Source of the DNA: an uncultured delta proteobacterium
Lineage (GTDB): Bacteria; Desulfobacterota; Syntrophia; Syntrophales; UBA5619
Direction: 5' to 3'
NCBI GenBank assembly: GCA_963817385.1
Contig: CAWFOM010000002.1
Location: 77,322-141,321, forward strand
Length of the DNA: 64,000 nucleotides
Numbering within the stretch: position 1 is the stretch's first letter; each line of letters opens with the position of its first letter. Shown piece by piece: positions 1 through 10,644 of the stretch. The position numbers and the translations under genes are program-made. The notes beneath the pieces were generated by a model. It did not search any database. It was not told where the DNA came from and saw nothing but the letters and a program-made list of their open reading frames with translations.

Positions 1-87
1 ATCGTTTTTTGCGGGCTCATCGGTTTTCGTACCTCAATCATGGAAAAAAGTTATCCCCGTTCGGCAAGCGACGGGGGCATTACGCCA

Positions 88-1599
88 TCAGATCTCACCC
101 TCGAGGTCCTTCTCCTCGGCCTCCGCTTTCTTACGGCGGAAAACCGGCAGGGAGAGCGACACCAAAACCAGGACAAGCAGAACGGCCGCGATCGGGCGCT
201 CAAGAAAGATCATCGGGCTCCCCGACGACAGCATGAGCGACTGCCTCAGTGCGCTCTCCATCATCGGCGCCAGGACGATCGCCAAGACGATCGGCGCGCG
301 GGGGAGGTTGAATTTCATCATGAGATATCCGATCACCCCGAAGAAGATCGTGATCCCCACGTTGAAGAGGCTCAGCGTCGTCGCGAAGGCGCCGACCAGC
401 GAAACGACGAGGATCCCGGGCGCCAGGTAATCGTACGGGACCCTGAGGACCGCCGCGAACGCCGGAGCGAACGGCAGGTTCATGAAGATGAGCATCACGT
501 TCCCGATGAGCATGCTGGCGATGAGCCCCCAGACGAGATCCGCCTGCTGCGTCATCAGCATCGGTCCCGGGCGGATCCCCAACAGGATGAGCGCGGCCAG
601 GAGGACCGCCGTGGCCGGCGACGCAGGAATGCCGAGGGAGAGCATCGGGACCATGGCGCCGTGCACCGCGGAGTTATTCGCCGACTCGGCCGCCGCGACC
701 GCATCGAGCGCACCCCTCCCGAATCGCTCCGGATGCTTGCTGGCACGCCGTTCGATCACATAGGCGAGCATCGACGCTACGACGGGTCCGACACCCGGCA
801 TGAGGCCGACAAGGAACCCCACGACGCCTCCCCGGAGGATCGCCATCCGGCAGTCGGCCCAGTCCCTGGCCGTGAGCCACAGGTCTTTCAGTTTTGTCCT
901 GATCGGAACGACGTTTGCCTGCGAGGCCTCAAGGGAGGAGAGCACCTCACCGATCCCGAAGATCCCGACGGCGACCGGGATAAAGTCGATGCCGTCCATC
1001 AGCTCTATCTCGCCGAACGTGAGACGGACGGTGCCCGCCATGGGGTCGGTCCCGACCAGGGCGATCATCAGGCCGAAGACCGCCATCAGGAGCGCTTTCA
1101 CGGCCGAGCCGCTCCCCAGGCTCGCCGTCATCGTGAGCCCCAGCGTCGCCAGGAGGAAGAATTCGGGGGCGTTGAATTTCAGCGCGAAGCCGCCGAGGAC
1201 CGGACAGAGAAAGGCGAGGAGCAGCACCGCCCCGATCCCGGCGAGAAACGAGCCGATCGCCGCGACGCTCAGGGCGGCGCCGGCCCGCCCCTGCTTGGCC
1301 AGTTGATAGCCGTCGACCGCCGTCATGACGCTGGCGGCCTCACCGGGGACGTTGATCAGGACGGACGTCAGCGTCCCGCCGTACATAGCGCCGTACATGA
1401 TCCCCGTGAGCATCATGAGCGCGGTGGTCGCCTTGACGCCGAAGGTGATCGGCAGCAGCAGGGCGATGCCGGCCGCCGGACCGATGCCGGGCAATATCCC
1501 GATGAACTGCCCGAGGAGACACCCGATGAACGTCGCGAGCAAGTTCCCCGGCGTGAGAGCCGTCGAGAAACCGTGTCCGAGCAGACTAAGCGTTTCCAT
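88..1599 (-). CDS. tctA: Tripartite tricarboxylate transporter large permease TctA
   Basis: 503 aa polytopic membrane protein with TctA motifs (GILPGIG, YGAMYGG, INVPGEAAS, AAAESANNS, LSLGIPAS); downstream of tctC/tctB. Confidence 0.95.
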   Translation of the reverse strand: METLSLLGHGFSTALTPGNLLATFIGCLLGQFIGILPGIGPAAGIALLLPITFGVKATTALMMLTGIMYGAMYGGTLTSVLINVPGEAASVMTAVDGYQLAKQGRAGAALSVAAIGSFLAGIGAVLLLAFLCPVLGGFALKFNAPEFFLLATLGLTMTASLGSGSAVKALLMAVFGLMIALVGTDPMAGTVRLTFGEIELMDGIDFIPVAVGIFGIGEVLSSLEASQANVVPIRTKLKDLWLTARDWADCRMAILRGGVVGFLVGLMPGVGPVVASMLAYVIERRASKHPERFGRGALDAVAAAESANNSAVHGAMVPMLSLGIPASPATAVLLAALILLGIRPGPMLMTQQADLVWGLIASMLIGNVMLIFMNLPFAPAFAAVLRVPYDYLAPGILVVSLVGAFATTLSLFNVGITIFFGVIGYLMMKFNLPRAPIVLAIVLAPMMESALRQSLMLSSGSPMIFLERPIAAVLLVLVLVSLSLPVFRRKKAEAEEKDLEGEI

Positions 1600-1620
1600 G
1601 GAATCGACTCCCTGAAGGGT

Positions 1621-2082
1621 TCAGATGCCCAGCGGCCCGGCAGGCAGGGCCACCTTGAGCCACCATACAAAAACGACGTAGATGAGCCCGCCCGTGCCCA
1701 CAGCCGTGATGAGGCTCGGGAGGAGTCTTCGCCGCAGGATCCCCATCATCATCCCCACCATGAAAACGACCGCAGTGGCGACAAACCCGAGGTAGGGCGC
1801 CAGCGGGACGCAGAGGATGAGTCCTCCCGTGGTCAAAAAGACGCGGATTGCGCCGGCCCTTTCGGGCCACTCAGGCTTGGCGGCGCCGCCTGCGCGCCAG
1901 GCCTGAAGCAGCAATATCACGGAAAGAAGGACACCCGCGCCGGCGATCCACCTCGGCAGAAAGGCCGGCCCGGGTGTAAAATCGGTCCAATAGGGCAACT
2001 CCCGTGTTCCCGCCAAGACGACAGCCGAGAGCCCCAGCATGACCGCCGCAGGCGCGACATCAATCATCCTCATCGCCGCCAA
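1621..2082 (-). CDS. tctB: Tripartite tricarboxylate transporter small permease TctB
   Basis: ~150 aa, 4 TM, PGPAFLP motif and C-terminal LKVALPAGPLG; lies between tctC and tctA. Start may be ATG 2073. Confidence 0.9.
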   Translation of the reverse strand: MAAMRMIDVAPAAVMLGLSAVVLAGTRELPYWTDFTPGPAFLPRWIAGAGVLLSVILLLQAWRAGGAAKPEWPERAGAIRVFLTTGGLILCVPLAPYLGFVATAVVFMVGMMMGILRRRLLPSLITAVGTGGLIYVVFVWWLKVALPAGPLGI

Positions 2083-2093
2083 CCCCCTTCACG

Positions 2094-3125
2094 TCACTGC
2101 TTGGCCAGGCCGAGATCACGAAGGACTTGCAGGTATTGCTTGTACTGGCCCTCCATGTACGCCGGCGCCTTTGTGTAATCGATGAAATCGCTGCGCTGGA
2201 AGCTTGCATCGATCGCGTCCTTCCAGGGCTTGGTGGCGGTCATCTTCTGCAGCCGATCGTTCCACCATTTCACCAACGCGGGGTCCATCCCCGGAGCGCC
2301 GGCCAACCCCCAGAACTGCCCCCATACCAGGTCTATTCCCTGCTCCTTCGCCGTGGGGAAGTCCTTCAGCTCCTTGTTCGCGCGGCGCTTCTCCGTCAGG
2401 ACGGCGAGCGGCTTCACCTTGCCGCTCTGGATAAGAGGCACCGCCTCATCCAGCGCGAGCACGAGCCCGTCTACGTTCTTCCCCAAAAACGCCGCGGTTG
2501 CCGCACTGCCGCTGTCGTAGGGGATGTAGTTGAATTTCACGCCCGCGGCCTTCTCGAGCAGGCCCACGACCATGTGATCGGTGCTCCCCGTCTGCGATCC
2601 CGAAAACTTCAGGCCGCGCGGGGTCTTCTTGGCCGCATTGACGAAGTCCGTCAACGACTTGAAAGGCGAATCGGGCTGGGCTACCAGAATCAGGTCTCCC
2701 TGAACGAACATCGCGATCGGGACGAGCTGGTCATAGGCATTCTTCAGCCCCTGAACGATCGGGGTCGTGAGGACCGGCTGCGCAATCCCCATCAGCGTGT
2801 CATAGCCCCCCTTCTTTCCCAGCACCCAGTTGACGGCGACCATCCAGGATCCGCCGGTCCGGTTCTGGATGACGATCGGCTGTTCGACGAGTTTTTCCTC
2901 ACCGAGGATCTTGGCAACGCGGCGCATGATGACGTCCGGCGTACCCCCCGCGCCCGTTCCGACCGTGATCTCGACCGGACCCTTGGGACCTTCAGCCGCC
3001 TCCGCGGTCATCGTCCCCGGTAAGGCAAATAAGGTGAGCGCCAGCGTGAACAAGCCAACGACCACAACTGTGTTACACAACGCATACCACGAAACCGTGC
3101 AATGCTTTCTCATAATCCCCTCCAT
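2094..3125 (-). CDS. tctC: Tripartite tricarboxylate transporter substrate-binding protein (Bug/TctC)
   Basis: Signal peptide, GAGGTPD...R, NRTGG, YIPYDSG and PTAKEQG motifs typical of Bug/TctC. Confidence 0.92.
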   Translation of the reverse strand: MEGIMRKHCTVSWYALCNTVVVVGLFTLALTLFALPGTMTAEAAEGPKGPVEITVGTGAGGTPDVIMRRVAKILGEEKLVEQPIVIQNRTGGSWMVAVNWVLGKKGGYDTLMGIAQPVLTTPIVQGLKNAYDQLVPIAMFVQGDLILVAQPDSPFKSLTDFVNAAKKTPRGLKFSGSQTGSTDHMVVGLLEKAAGVKFNYIPYDSGSAATAAFLGKNVDGLVLALDEAVPLIQSGKVKPLAVLTEKRRANKELKDFPTAKEQGIDLVWGQFWGLAGAPGMDPALVKWWNDRLQKMTATKPWKDAIDASFQRSDFIDYTKAPAYMEGQYKQYLQVLRDLGLAKQ

Positions 3126-3243
3126 AGTTTTTAACGACCTTGCCTCATGAAAAACCCGCCACTATTGCGAGCGGGAGATGGTAGATTCTCGACACCTGTT
3201 TGTCAAGATAAATCGGATCTGATGTCGGGCTCGGTGCTTCTCA

Positions 3244-3273
3244 TTGACACGCCCCCCTCCATGTGTTTATATT
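3244..3273 (+). promoter_or_regulatory. Candidate sigma70 promoter of clpS-clpA-aat
   Basis: TTGACA-N18-TATATT about 60 nt upstream of the clpS start. Confidence 0.45.
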
Positions 3274-3333
3274 ATGGACAACGGTAATGCATGCAGACCG
3301 GAAAAAGACAAAGGGTTTAAGAAGGGGATGTGC

Positions 3334-3645
3334 ATGATTCACGAGCCGGGCATGCAGCCGGAAGGTGATGTAAAAACCGACCAGGAGATCCGGGAGCCGA
3401 AGCAGTACCGGGTCATCCTGCACAATGACGATTATACGACCATGGACTTCGTGATCGAGGTCCTCGTCGCCGTATTCCACAAACCGGCGGCGGAGGCAAC
3501 GAAGATTATGCTGGATGTCCATAAAAAAGGAAAAGGGATCTGTGGGGTCTATACGTACGACATCGCGGCCACAAAGGTCGCCCAGGTCCACCACATGGCA
3601 AAAACGCGGGAGTTTCCGTTGAAATGCTCCCTGGAAGAAGCCTGA
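3334..3645 (+). CDS. clpS: ATP-dependent Clp protease adaptor ClpS
   Basis: YRVILHNDDYTTMDFV and FPLKCSLE motifs; start taken at ATG 3334 after AAGGGG. Confidence 0.96.
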   Translation: MIHEPGMQPEGDVKTDQEIREPKQYRVILHNDDYTTMDFVIEVLVAVFHKPAAEATKIMLDVHKKGKGICGVYTYDIAATKVAQVHHMAKTREFPLKCSLEEA

Positions 3646-3669
3646 GCGGCCCTGAAAAGAGAAAAAATC

Positions 3670-5949
3670 ATGAAGATCAGTGAAAATTTGAACCGAATTA
3701 TCATGGCGGCATATGCCGAGGCCAACGTCCGGCGGCACGAGTTCATCACGCCGGAACACCTCCTCTATGCCTGCCTCTTCTTCGATGAAGGGAAGGACCT
3801 GATCCTGAACTGCGGCGGCGATCCCGTCCGGCTGAAAAAAGCCCTTGAAAAGCACCTCGAAGAAACGGACACGGTCGCTACGGCAACGCGGGCCCTTCAA
3901 TCCCTCGGCTTCCAGAGCATTCTCGAACGGGCCGCCTGGCATACCTCCTCCGCCCAAAAAGAGATCCTGGATCTGGGGGATGTCCTCGTCTCGATCCTCG
4001 ATGAGAAGGAATCCCACGCTTCGTTCTACCTCCAGAGGGAAGGAATCAGCCGTCTGGCGCTTCTCAACTACATCTCCCACGGCGTCTCGGTCCTTACCGG
4101 CGACGCAGCCGGACAGCGTCACCCGGGGCACCGCGACGGAGAGGGGGAAACGGTCCGGGAGACGAAAGAGGACCAGAACAAGTTTCTCCGGAACTACACG
4201 ACGGAATTGGTCGCGCGGGCGAAAAGCGGCGAGATGGATCCCCTGATCGGCCGGGAGGATGTCCTTGAGCGGACAATCCAGGTCCTCTGCCGCCGATTCA
4301 AGAATAACCCGGTCCACGTCGGCGAGCCGGGCGTGGGAAAGACCGCAATCACCGAGGGGCTTGCCCAGCTCATCGCCGCCGGAAAGGTTCCGACGCTTCT
4401 CAAAGGGTCCCGGATCTTCTCGCTGGACATGGGGGCTGTCCTGGCCGGAACCCGCTTCCGCGGCGACTTCGAGGAGCGGCTCAAACGGATCATCACCGAG
4501 CTCCAGAAGCAGCAGAAGGTAATCCTCTTTATCGACGAGATCCACAATGTGGTCGGTGCCGGGGCCGTATCCGGCGGATCGATGGATGCCGGGAACATCC
4601 TCAAGCCGGCCCTTGTCTCCGGAAAGCTCCGCTGCATCGGATCGACCACCTACGACGAATACCGGAAGTATTTCGAGAAGGACGGCGCCTTCTCCCGACG
4701 TTTTCAGAAGATCGAGGTCGCCGAGCCCTCCGTCGAGGAGACCTTCCGGATCCTCCAGGGGATTCGCGAACGGTATGAGACATACCATCAGGTTTCCTAC
4801 ACCGAGGAAGGGCTCCGGGCGGCCGCCGAGCTTTCGTACCGCTATATCAGCGACCGCCGCCTCCCCGACAAGGCGATTGACGTCCTCGACGAGGCCGGCG
4901 CCTTTGTCTCCATGAACCGCTGCGATGACGCCCTGGAGCCCGTGGCGATCGGACCGCAACAGATCGAAACCATCGTCGCCCGGATCGCCCGGATTCCGGA
5001 GAAGAGCATCTCTTCCTCGGAGATCGAAAAACTCAAGGATATGGAGACGGAATTGAAGTCTCGGATCTTCGGCCAGGACGAGGCCGTAGAAAGGGTCGTG
5101 GAGGCGGTCAAGCGCTCCCGCGCCGGCTTCCGCGAACCGGACAAGCCCATCGCCTCCCTCCTCTTCGTTGGACCCACAGGGGTGGGAAAAACCGAACTCG
5201 CCCGCCAGCTTGCCGCGACGCTCGGGGTGCCGCTCCTGCGGTACGACATGAGCGAGTACCAGGAGAAGCACACCGTCGCCAAGTTCGTCGGGGCGCCTCC
5301 GGGCTACATCGGCTACGAGGAGGGCGGCCTCCTCACCGAGGCGATCCGGAAGAACCCGCACGCCGTTCTCCTTCTGGACGAGATCGAGAAGGCCCATGCC
5401 GACATCTTCAACACGCTCCTGCAGGTCATGGACTACGCGACACTCACGGACAACAGCGGCAAGAAGGCGGACTTCCGCAACGTTATCCTGCTGATGACCT
5501 CGAACGCCGGCGCCCGGGAGATCGGCCGGCAGACCATCGGCTTCGAGGGGCTGCCCATCAACCGGGACGCCGTCTTCAAGGCCCTGGAGAAGACCTTCTC
5601 TCCCGAGTTCAGGAACCGTCTGGACGGGGTCGTGAACTTCCTCAGCCTCACCGACCCGGTGATTCTGAAGATCGTGAAGAAGGCCGTCGCCGAGTTCGCC
5701 GCACAGCTCGCCGAGAAGAAGGTGGATCTCACGCTGACAGAGCGCTGCTGCGATTGGCTCGTCCGGAAGGGGTACTCCCCCGAATTCGGCGCCCGGGAGA
5801 TCTCCCGCCTGATCCAGGACAAGATCAAACGGTTCTTCGTGGATGAAGTCCTCTTCGGAGGCCTCCGGGAGGGCGGCGAAGCCGTGGCCGACATCGAAAA
5901 CGAGGATGTGGTCATCCGGGTCACCCATGCCGGTTTATCGACTCCCTGA
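3670..5949 (+). CDS. clpA: ATP-dependent Clp protease ATP-binding subunit ClpA
   Basis: Two AAA+ modules ([16 protein letters not shown]), [12 protein letters not shown]-domain, no ClpB middle domain; follows clpS. Confidence 0.96.
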   Translation: MKISENLNRIIMAAYAEANVRRHEFITPEHLLYACLFFDEGKDLILNCGGDPVRLKKALEKHLEETDTVATATRALQSLGFQSILERAAWHTSSAQKEILDLGDVLVSILDEKESHASFYLQREGISRLALLNYISHGVSVLTGDAAGQRHPGHRDGEGETVRETKEDQNKFLRNYTTELVARAKSGEMDPLIGREDVLERTIQVLCRRFKNNPVHVGEPGVGKTAITEGLAQLIAAGKVPTLLKGSRIFSLDMGAVLAGTRFRGDFEERLKRIITELQKQQKVILFIDEIHNVVGAGAVSGGSMDAGNILKPALVSGKLRCIGSTTYDEYRKYFEKDGAFSRRFQKIEVAEPSVEETFRILQGIRERYETYHQVSYTEEGLRAAAELSYRYISDRRLPDKAIDVLDEAGAFVSMNRCDDALEPVAIGPQQIETIVARIARIPEKSISSSEIEKLKDMETELKSRIFGQDEAVERVVEAVKRSRAGFREPDKPIASLLFVGPTGVGKTELARQLAATLGVPLLRYDMSEYQEKHTVAKFVGAPPGYIGYEEGGLLTEAIRKNPHAVLLLDEIEKAHADIFNTLLQVMDYATLTDNSGKKADFRNVILLMTSNAGAREIGRQTIGFEGLPINRDAVFKALEKTFSPEFRNRLDGVVNFLSLTDPVILKIVKKAVAEFAAQLAEKKVDLTLTERCCDWLVRKGYSPEFGAREISRLIQDKIKRFFVDEVLFGGLREGGEAVADIENEDVVIRVTHAGLSTP

Positions 5950-6616
5950 CGAGATCCTCTTTCCCCCGGTCGACCGCGCCGTGAAGAGCGGCCTTCTGGC
6001 CGTGGGCGGAGACCTCTCCCCGGAACGGCTCCTGGCCGCCTACCGGGAGGGGATCTTCCCCTGGTACGCCGAGGGGGAACCGATCCTCTGGTGGGCGCCG
6101 GATCCGCGCTTCGTCCTGCTCCCCGGCGAGCTTCGCGTCTCGCGGAGCATGCGGCAGTTCCTCAAAAAGGGGCTTGTCCGGATCACCTTCGATCAGGACT
6201 TCCGGGGGGTGATCGCCGCTTGCCAGAAGCCCCGCCCGGGCCAGGACGGCACCTGGATCACCGAAGAGATGCAGGACGCGTACTCGGCCCTCCACGATCT
6301 CGGTTATGCCCACTCCGTGGAGGTCTGGCGCGGAGAGACGCTCGCCGGCGGCCTCTACGGCGTCTCCCTCGGGCGCGCCTTCTTCGGCGAATCGATGTTC
6401 TCGACGATCGCAAACGCCTCCAAAGCGGCCCTCATCACCCTTATCACCCGACTCCGTCAGCTCGATTTCGACCTCATCGACTGCCAGGTCGAGACCCCCC
6501 ACCTCGCAAGCCTCGGCGCCCGGCCCATCCCCCGCCGGGAGTTCTGCGAACTTCTGAATGAGTCCCTCCGGCACGAGACCCTCCGGGGGAACTGGGGAAC
6601 GCTGTTGGCTGAGTAG
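5927..6616 (+). CDS. aat: Leucyl/phenylalanyl-tRNA--protein transferase
   Basis: [33 protein letters not shown] and LIDCQ motifs; overlaps the end of clpA. Confidence 0.96.
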   Translation: MPVYRLPDEILFPPVDRAVKSGLLAVGGDLSPERLLAAYREGIFPWYAEGEPILWWAPDPRFVLLPGELRVSRSMRQFLKKGLVRITFDQDFRGVIAACQKPRPGQDGTWITEEMQDAYSALHDLGYAHSVEVWRGETLAGGLYGVSLGRAFFGESMFSTIANASKAALITLITRLRQLDFDLIDCQVETPHLASLGARPIPRREFCELLNESLRHETLRGNWGTLLAE

Positions 6617-6747
6617 TATGCCTTCCCTGCATAACCACGGGGAACCCATAGACAGACGCTATTTGACATCTCCCCGATTCTCCTATACATTTTGTTTATT
6701 CAGTTGTCCGACGCGATTCCGCCCGCCGGGCCTAAAGGAAAGATGAA

Positions 6748-7904
6748 ATGGACCTCCTGTATTTCGACAACGCCGCGACCTCCTGGCCGAAACCGGAGGT
6801 GACGCCGGCCGCGATGGACCGCTACCTCCGCGAGATCGGCGGCTCTCCCGGCCGCTCCGCGCACCGGCTCTCCCTCGAGGCGGGCCGGATCATCCTGGAG
6901 GCGCGCGAGGCGGTGGCAAAACTCCTCGGCGCGGACGATCCCTTCCGGATCGTCTTCACGAAGAACGCCACGGAGGCGCTGAACATCGCCTTCCGGGGTC
7001 TCTTGAAGCCGGGCGACCATGTCATCACGTCGTCCATGGAACACAACTCGGTCATGCGGCCGCTCAGGGCGCTGGAGGCGGAGGGGCTGGCGGTATCGGT
7101 CATCCCCTGCTCCATCCGGGGCGAGCTTGACCCGGCGAGATATCCCGCCGGCGATCCGACCGAACACCAGGGCAATCATCCTCACCCACGCCTCGAACGT
7201 GACGGGGACGATCCTCCCCATCGGCGAGACAGGCCGGATCTCCCGCGAACACGGTCTCATCTTCATCGTCGATGCGGCGCAGACGGCGGGGGCACTGCCG
7301 ATTGCCGTCGAAGAGATGGGGATCGATCTTCTGGCCTTCACGGGCCATAAAGCCCTTTTCGGCCCCCCGGGAACGGGCGGGCTCTACATCCGAAAAGGGA
7401 TGGAGGCGCAGATCCGACCTCTCATGACGGGAGGAACGGGGAGCCGCTCCGAATTCGAGGAGCAGCCCGCATTTCTCCCCGACAAGTTCGAAGCGGGGAC
7501 GCCCAACACCATCGGCCTGGCCGGCCTCGGCGCCGGCGTCTCCTGGATCCTCGCCCGCGGCGTCGATGCGATCCGCGCCCATGAGGAGCTTCTGACGGGG
7601 CGGTTCATCGGCGGCCTTCGGGAGATCCCCGGGGTCACCCTCACCGGCCCGGTCGATCCGGTCGCGCCGTATCGCGGTCGTCTCGTTCAATATTGCCGGC
7701 CTGATGCCGTCGGAAGCCGCCCTGGAGCTCGACGAACGTTTCGCCATCATGTCGCGGCCGGGGCTCCACTGCGCCCCCGCCGCCCATCGGACGATCGGGA
7801 CCTTTCCCCAGGGGACTGTCCGGTTCGGCTTCGGCTTTTTCAATACGGAGGCGGAGATCGACGCCGCCCTGGAGGCGATCCGCGATCTCGCCCGCGGGAA
7901 ATAG
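6748..7904 (+). CDS. Cysteine desulfurase/selenocysteine lyase family PLP enzyme (two apparent +1 frameshifts near 7139 and 7661)
   Basis: YFDNAATSWPKP, EHNSV, DAAQTAG, FTGHK, EAGTPN and RPGLHCAP are spread over three frames; removing 2 nt gives 384 aa. Confidence 0.88.
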
Positions 7905-7958
7905 GAACGTACCCCCTGGGTTGTATGGTTCCCAGGCATCGTCACAAGGAGGCATGGC

Positions 7959-8574
7959 ATGGAAAGAATCGTCGACACCCGGGGGCTTGCCTGCCCCGAG
8001 CCCGTCATCCTGGCGAAAAAGGCTCTGGACGGGGCGAAGGAGGTTGTCGTAATCGTCGACAACGACGAGGCGGTGGAGAACATCCGCCGTCTGGCCAACA
8101 AGATGGGATGCGCAATCGCCGTGGTGCGGGATACCGACGGCGCCTTCCGCATCCGCCTTACCCGCAGCGGGGAGACGCCGCCGTACGAAGGAACCGACAT
8201 CGGAATCGTCTGCGGGACGGCACAAGAGGGCAAGGGCGCTCCCCTGGTCATCGTTCTTTCTTCGGACCGCATGGGAAGGGGGAATGACGAGCTGGGAGGG
8301 GTCCTCATGCGGAGCTTCGTCCACACCCTCCTTACGCTCGAACCGCGGCCGGGGACGATCATCCTGTACAACACCGGGGTCCGTCTCGCCGGCCGGGAAT
8401 CGGCGGTCATCGACGATCTCAAGGAGCTCGAAGCGGCAGGGGTGGAGCTCTTCGTCTGCGGAACCTGCGTGAATTACTTCGATCTCAAGGGAACAACTCG
8501 GCGCCGGCGTCGTTTCCAATATGTACGACATCGCCTCCGCGATGACCGGCGCGGGAAAACTGGTCATCCCATGA
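7959..8574 (+). CDS. yedF: Selenium metabolism protein YedF (TusA + DsrE-like domains), +1 frameshift near 8490
   Basis: DTRGLACPEPV, MGRGNDELG, FVCGTC; C-terminus GVVSNMYDI...LVIP* is in the shifted frame and ends at TGA 8574. Confidence 0.88.
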
Positions 8575-8798
8575 ACGAAGAAATCTCCTGGGAGGTGATC
8601 CTGTTTTTGTCGGTTCAGCATGCCCTCCGGGCGGAGAAGCTTCTGAAGGAGGCGGGAATCCCCTGCAAGCTGATCCCGGTCCCCCGCCACCTGAGCTCGG
8701 ACTGCGGCGTCTGCCTCCGGTTTGAGCCTCACCTTCGGCCGCGGGTCGAAGCTGCGCTCAGGGACCGCGTCGAGACCGGGGCTATCCTGCCGCTCTGA
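8571..8798 (+). CDS. DUF3343 putative Se/S carrier-like protein
   Basis: LFLSVQHALRAEKLLK and LIPVPRHLSSDCG motifs; ATGA overlap with the yedF stop. Confidence 0.85.
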   Translation: MNEEISWEVILFLSVQHALRAEKLLKEAGIPCKLIPVPRHLSSDCGVCLRFEPHLRPRVEAALRDRVETGAILPL

Positions 8799-8925
8799 CC
8801 GCGCGATCCCGGCGGCGCCTCCCCACACGGAAGACATCCCCCCGTGAGAAGAGGCATCCGCCGGCCGCTCCTTGCCGGGAGGTCCCATGCGGCGATCGGG
8901 GATGAGAAACGCAAGCGAGGGGCCG

Positions 8926-9345
8926 TTACCGGTGCGTCGCGTGCTCCTTCTTCCGATAGGCCATCCCCTCGAAGAGGGCGATAAGATTCCCTGCGGAATC
9001 GGTGATCCGGATGGCGTAGGCGGCGATCTTCGGCCCGCAGGATACCTCCTCGGCCTCTGCGAAGAGGACTTCCCCCTCGGTCGCCTTGAGGTATGAGATC
9101 GAACAGTGGATCGCCACGGCGGCCCGCCCCCGAGAATTGACGGCCGCCGCGAAGGCCAGATCCGCCAAGGCGAAGATCGCGCCGCCATGGACGAGGCCGA
9201 GGCCGTTTCGGTGATGATCTTTAAGCTCGAGGCGGGCCCTGGCCCGGCCTTCACCCGCATCGAGCAGTTCGATGCCGACAAACCTCGCAAAGAGATCCCG
9301 CCGGAAAAACTCTTTCAGTGCATCTTGGGTGAGCTCTTCGGTCAC
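8926..9345 (-). CDS. PaaI-family hotdog thioesterase
   Basis: HRNGLGLVHGGAIFALADLAFA motif. Confidence 0.9.
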   Translation of the reverse strand: MTEELTQDALKEFFRRDLFARFVGIELLDAGEGRARARLELKDHHRNGLGLVHGGAIFALADLAFAAAVNSRGRAAVAIHCSISYLKATEGEVLFAEAEEVSCGPKIAAYAIRITDSAGNLIALFEGMAYRKKEHATHR

Positions 9346-9387
9346 GGTTCCCCCTCCTCATTTGTGGAAGCCATTTTCCCTCTTTAG

Positions 9388-9924
9388 CTACGGGGCAAGA
9401 TTGTAGGCCAGCGGGTCGAAGGGGGAACCCGCCGGGTAGACCCGGGTCGCCAACTCGCGGTCGAGCATGAAAAGCCCCTCCTTGCTGTTACCGATCATCT
9501 CCATCTGGCGGCTGATCTTGTCCGTATTGCTCTCCTCCTCGATCTGCTCATTGAGAAACCAGTTCAGCAGGGGCTCCGCCGTGTAGTCGTTCTCCTTCCG
9601 GGCAATCTTGATCAGGGAGTGGATCTTGCCCGTGATGAACTGCTCGTGGGCATAGGCATCCTTCCAGGGCTCCAGCGGGTTCTTCCAGCTCGTTTTGAGC
9701 TGCTTGAGGTCCTGGAGGAGCACGGAAGCCCCCCGGCTGGTCAGGTGATCGAAGAACTTCATTGCGTGGATCGTCTCCTCGTGGACCTGGACACGCAGCC
9801 AATGGGCCATCCCGTCCAGATTCCTGGCGTGGAAATAACCCACCATCGACAGATAGATATAGGCGGATTCCAGTTCAAGTTTAACCTGATCATTAATCGC
9901 GTCAAACATCTTTTTACTGATCAT
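9388..9924 (-). CDS. ftnA: Non-heme ferritin
   Basis: ELESAYIYLSM, EETIHAMK, HEQFIT and EQIEEE ferroxidase motifs. Confidence 0.93.
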   Translation of the reverse strand: MISKKMFDAINDQVKLELESAYIYLSMVGYFHARNLDGMAHWLRVQVHEETIHAMKFFDHLTSRGASVLLQDLKQLKTSWKNPLEPWKDAYAHEQFITGKIHSLIKIARKENDYTAEPLLNWFLNEQIEEESNTDKISRQMEMIGNSKEGLFMLDRELATRVYPAGSPFDPLAYNLAP

Positions 9925-10171
9925 GGAAATGTCTCCTTTCATCCTTCAGAACTGTATTGTTTGCCTTCACATTGCTCCGGCATTCTGCCCTGCACGCCTT
10001 CCGCACCATCTGTAAGAAGAGTAAAGAAAACCGCCCCCATTTGTCAACGACAAAAGGGGGAGATGAATCTTTCCCTTGAAAATAAACTCTTCTTGAAATA
10101 TACTCACATATTATTGGCAATGTATCGGCCAAGGGAAAATAAACGGAAATTTACGGAAAGGAGGTGAGACA

Positions 10172-10513
10172 GTGGGCAACAAATTCTGGAGAATTTTACT
10201 CGTCAGCATCTGCATCATATGTTTTGCGACCCTGAACATGGCCTTCGCCCAAAAGAAAGTCGGCGGGGGGGATATCAAATATGAATCCAAGACCCAGGGA
10301 GCGGTCCTCTTCAGCCATGAATCGCACGTCAATACGCATAAGACAAAGTGCACGGACTGCCACTCGAAACCGAAAATCTTCACGATGAAGAAAGAAGTGA
10401 AGATTACCAAGGCTGACCATAGCGCGGCCAAGTATTGCGCAGTCTGCCACGACGGTAAGAAGGCCTTTGGAACAACGGTTGAAGCCGATTGCGCCAAGTG
10501 CCACAAGAAGTAA
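10172..10513 (+). CDS. Periplasmic c7-type triheme cytochrome c
   Basis: Signal peptide; FSHESH plus CTDCH, CAVCH (CHDGKKAF) and CAKCH. Confidence 0.92.
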   Translation: MGNKFWRILLVSICIICFATLNMAFAQKKVGGGDIKYESKTQGAVLFSHESHVNTHKTKCTDCHSKPKIFTMKKEVKITKADHSAAKYCAVCHDGKKAFGTTVEADCAKCHKK

Positions 10514-10537
10514 TATTTTACCGGGTTTCCGAACACC

Positions 10538-10574
10538 AACTGGCGTTGGGCCGAGCCTCAACGCCAGTTTTTTT
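10538..10574 (+). terminator. Rho-independent terminator after the c7 cytochrome
   Basis: AACTGGCGTTG..CAACGCCAGTT stem followed by a T-run. Confidence 0.8.
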
Positions 10575-10644
10575 ACCCTTTACTTTATGTCCCTCATGTG
10601 GCATAAAGCGCAGGAGTTTTATAACGAAATCATGAGGTAAAAAA

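Noticed and set aside
40..2178. 712 aa plus-strand ORF, and similar long antisense ORFs (3241..5928, 34136..36442, 56407..58011, 7641..9290)
   Set aside because: Shadow ORFs opposite well-supported genes in GC-rich DNA, with no recognisable motifs
7959..8798. YedF-DUF3343 fusion (279 aa ORF)
   Set aside because: Created by a +1 error near 8490; the true YedF C-terminus is in another frame with an ATGA stop/start overlap at 8571-8574
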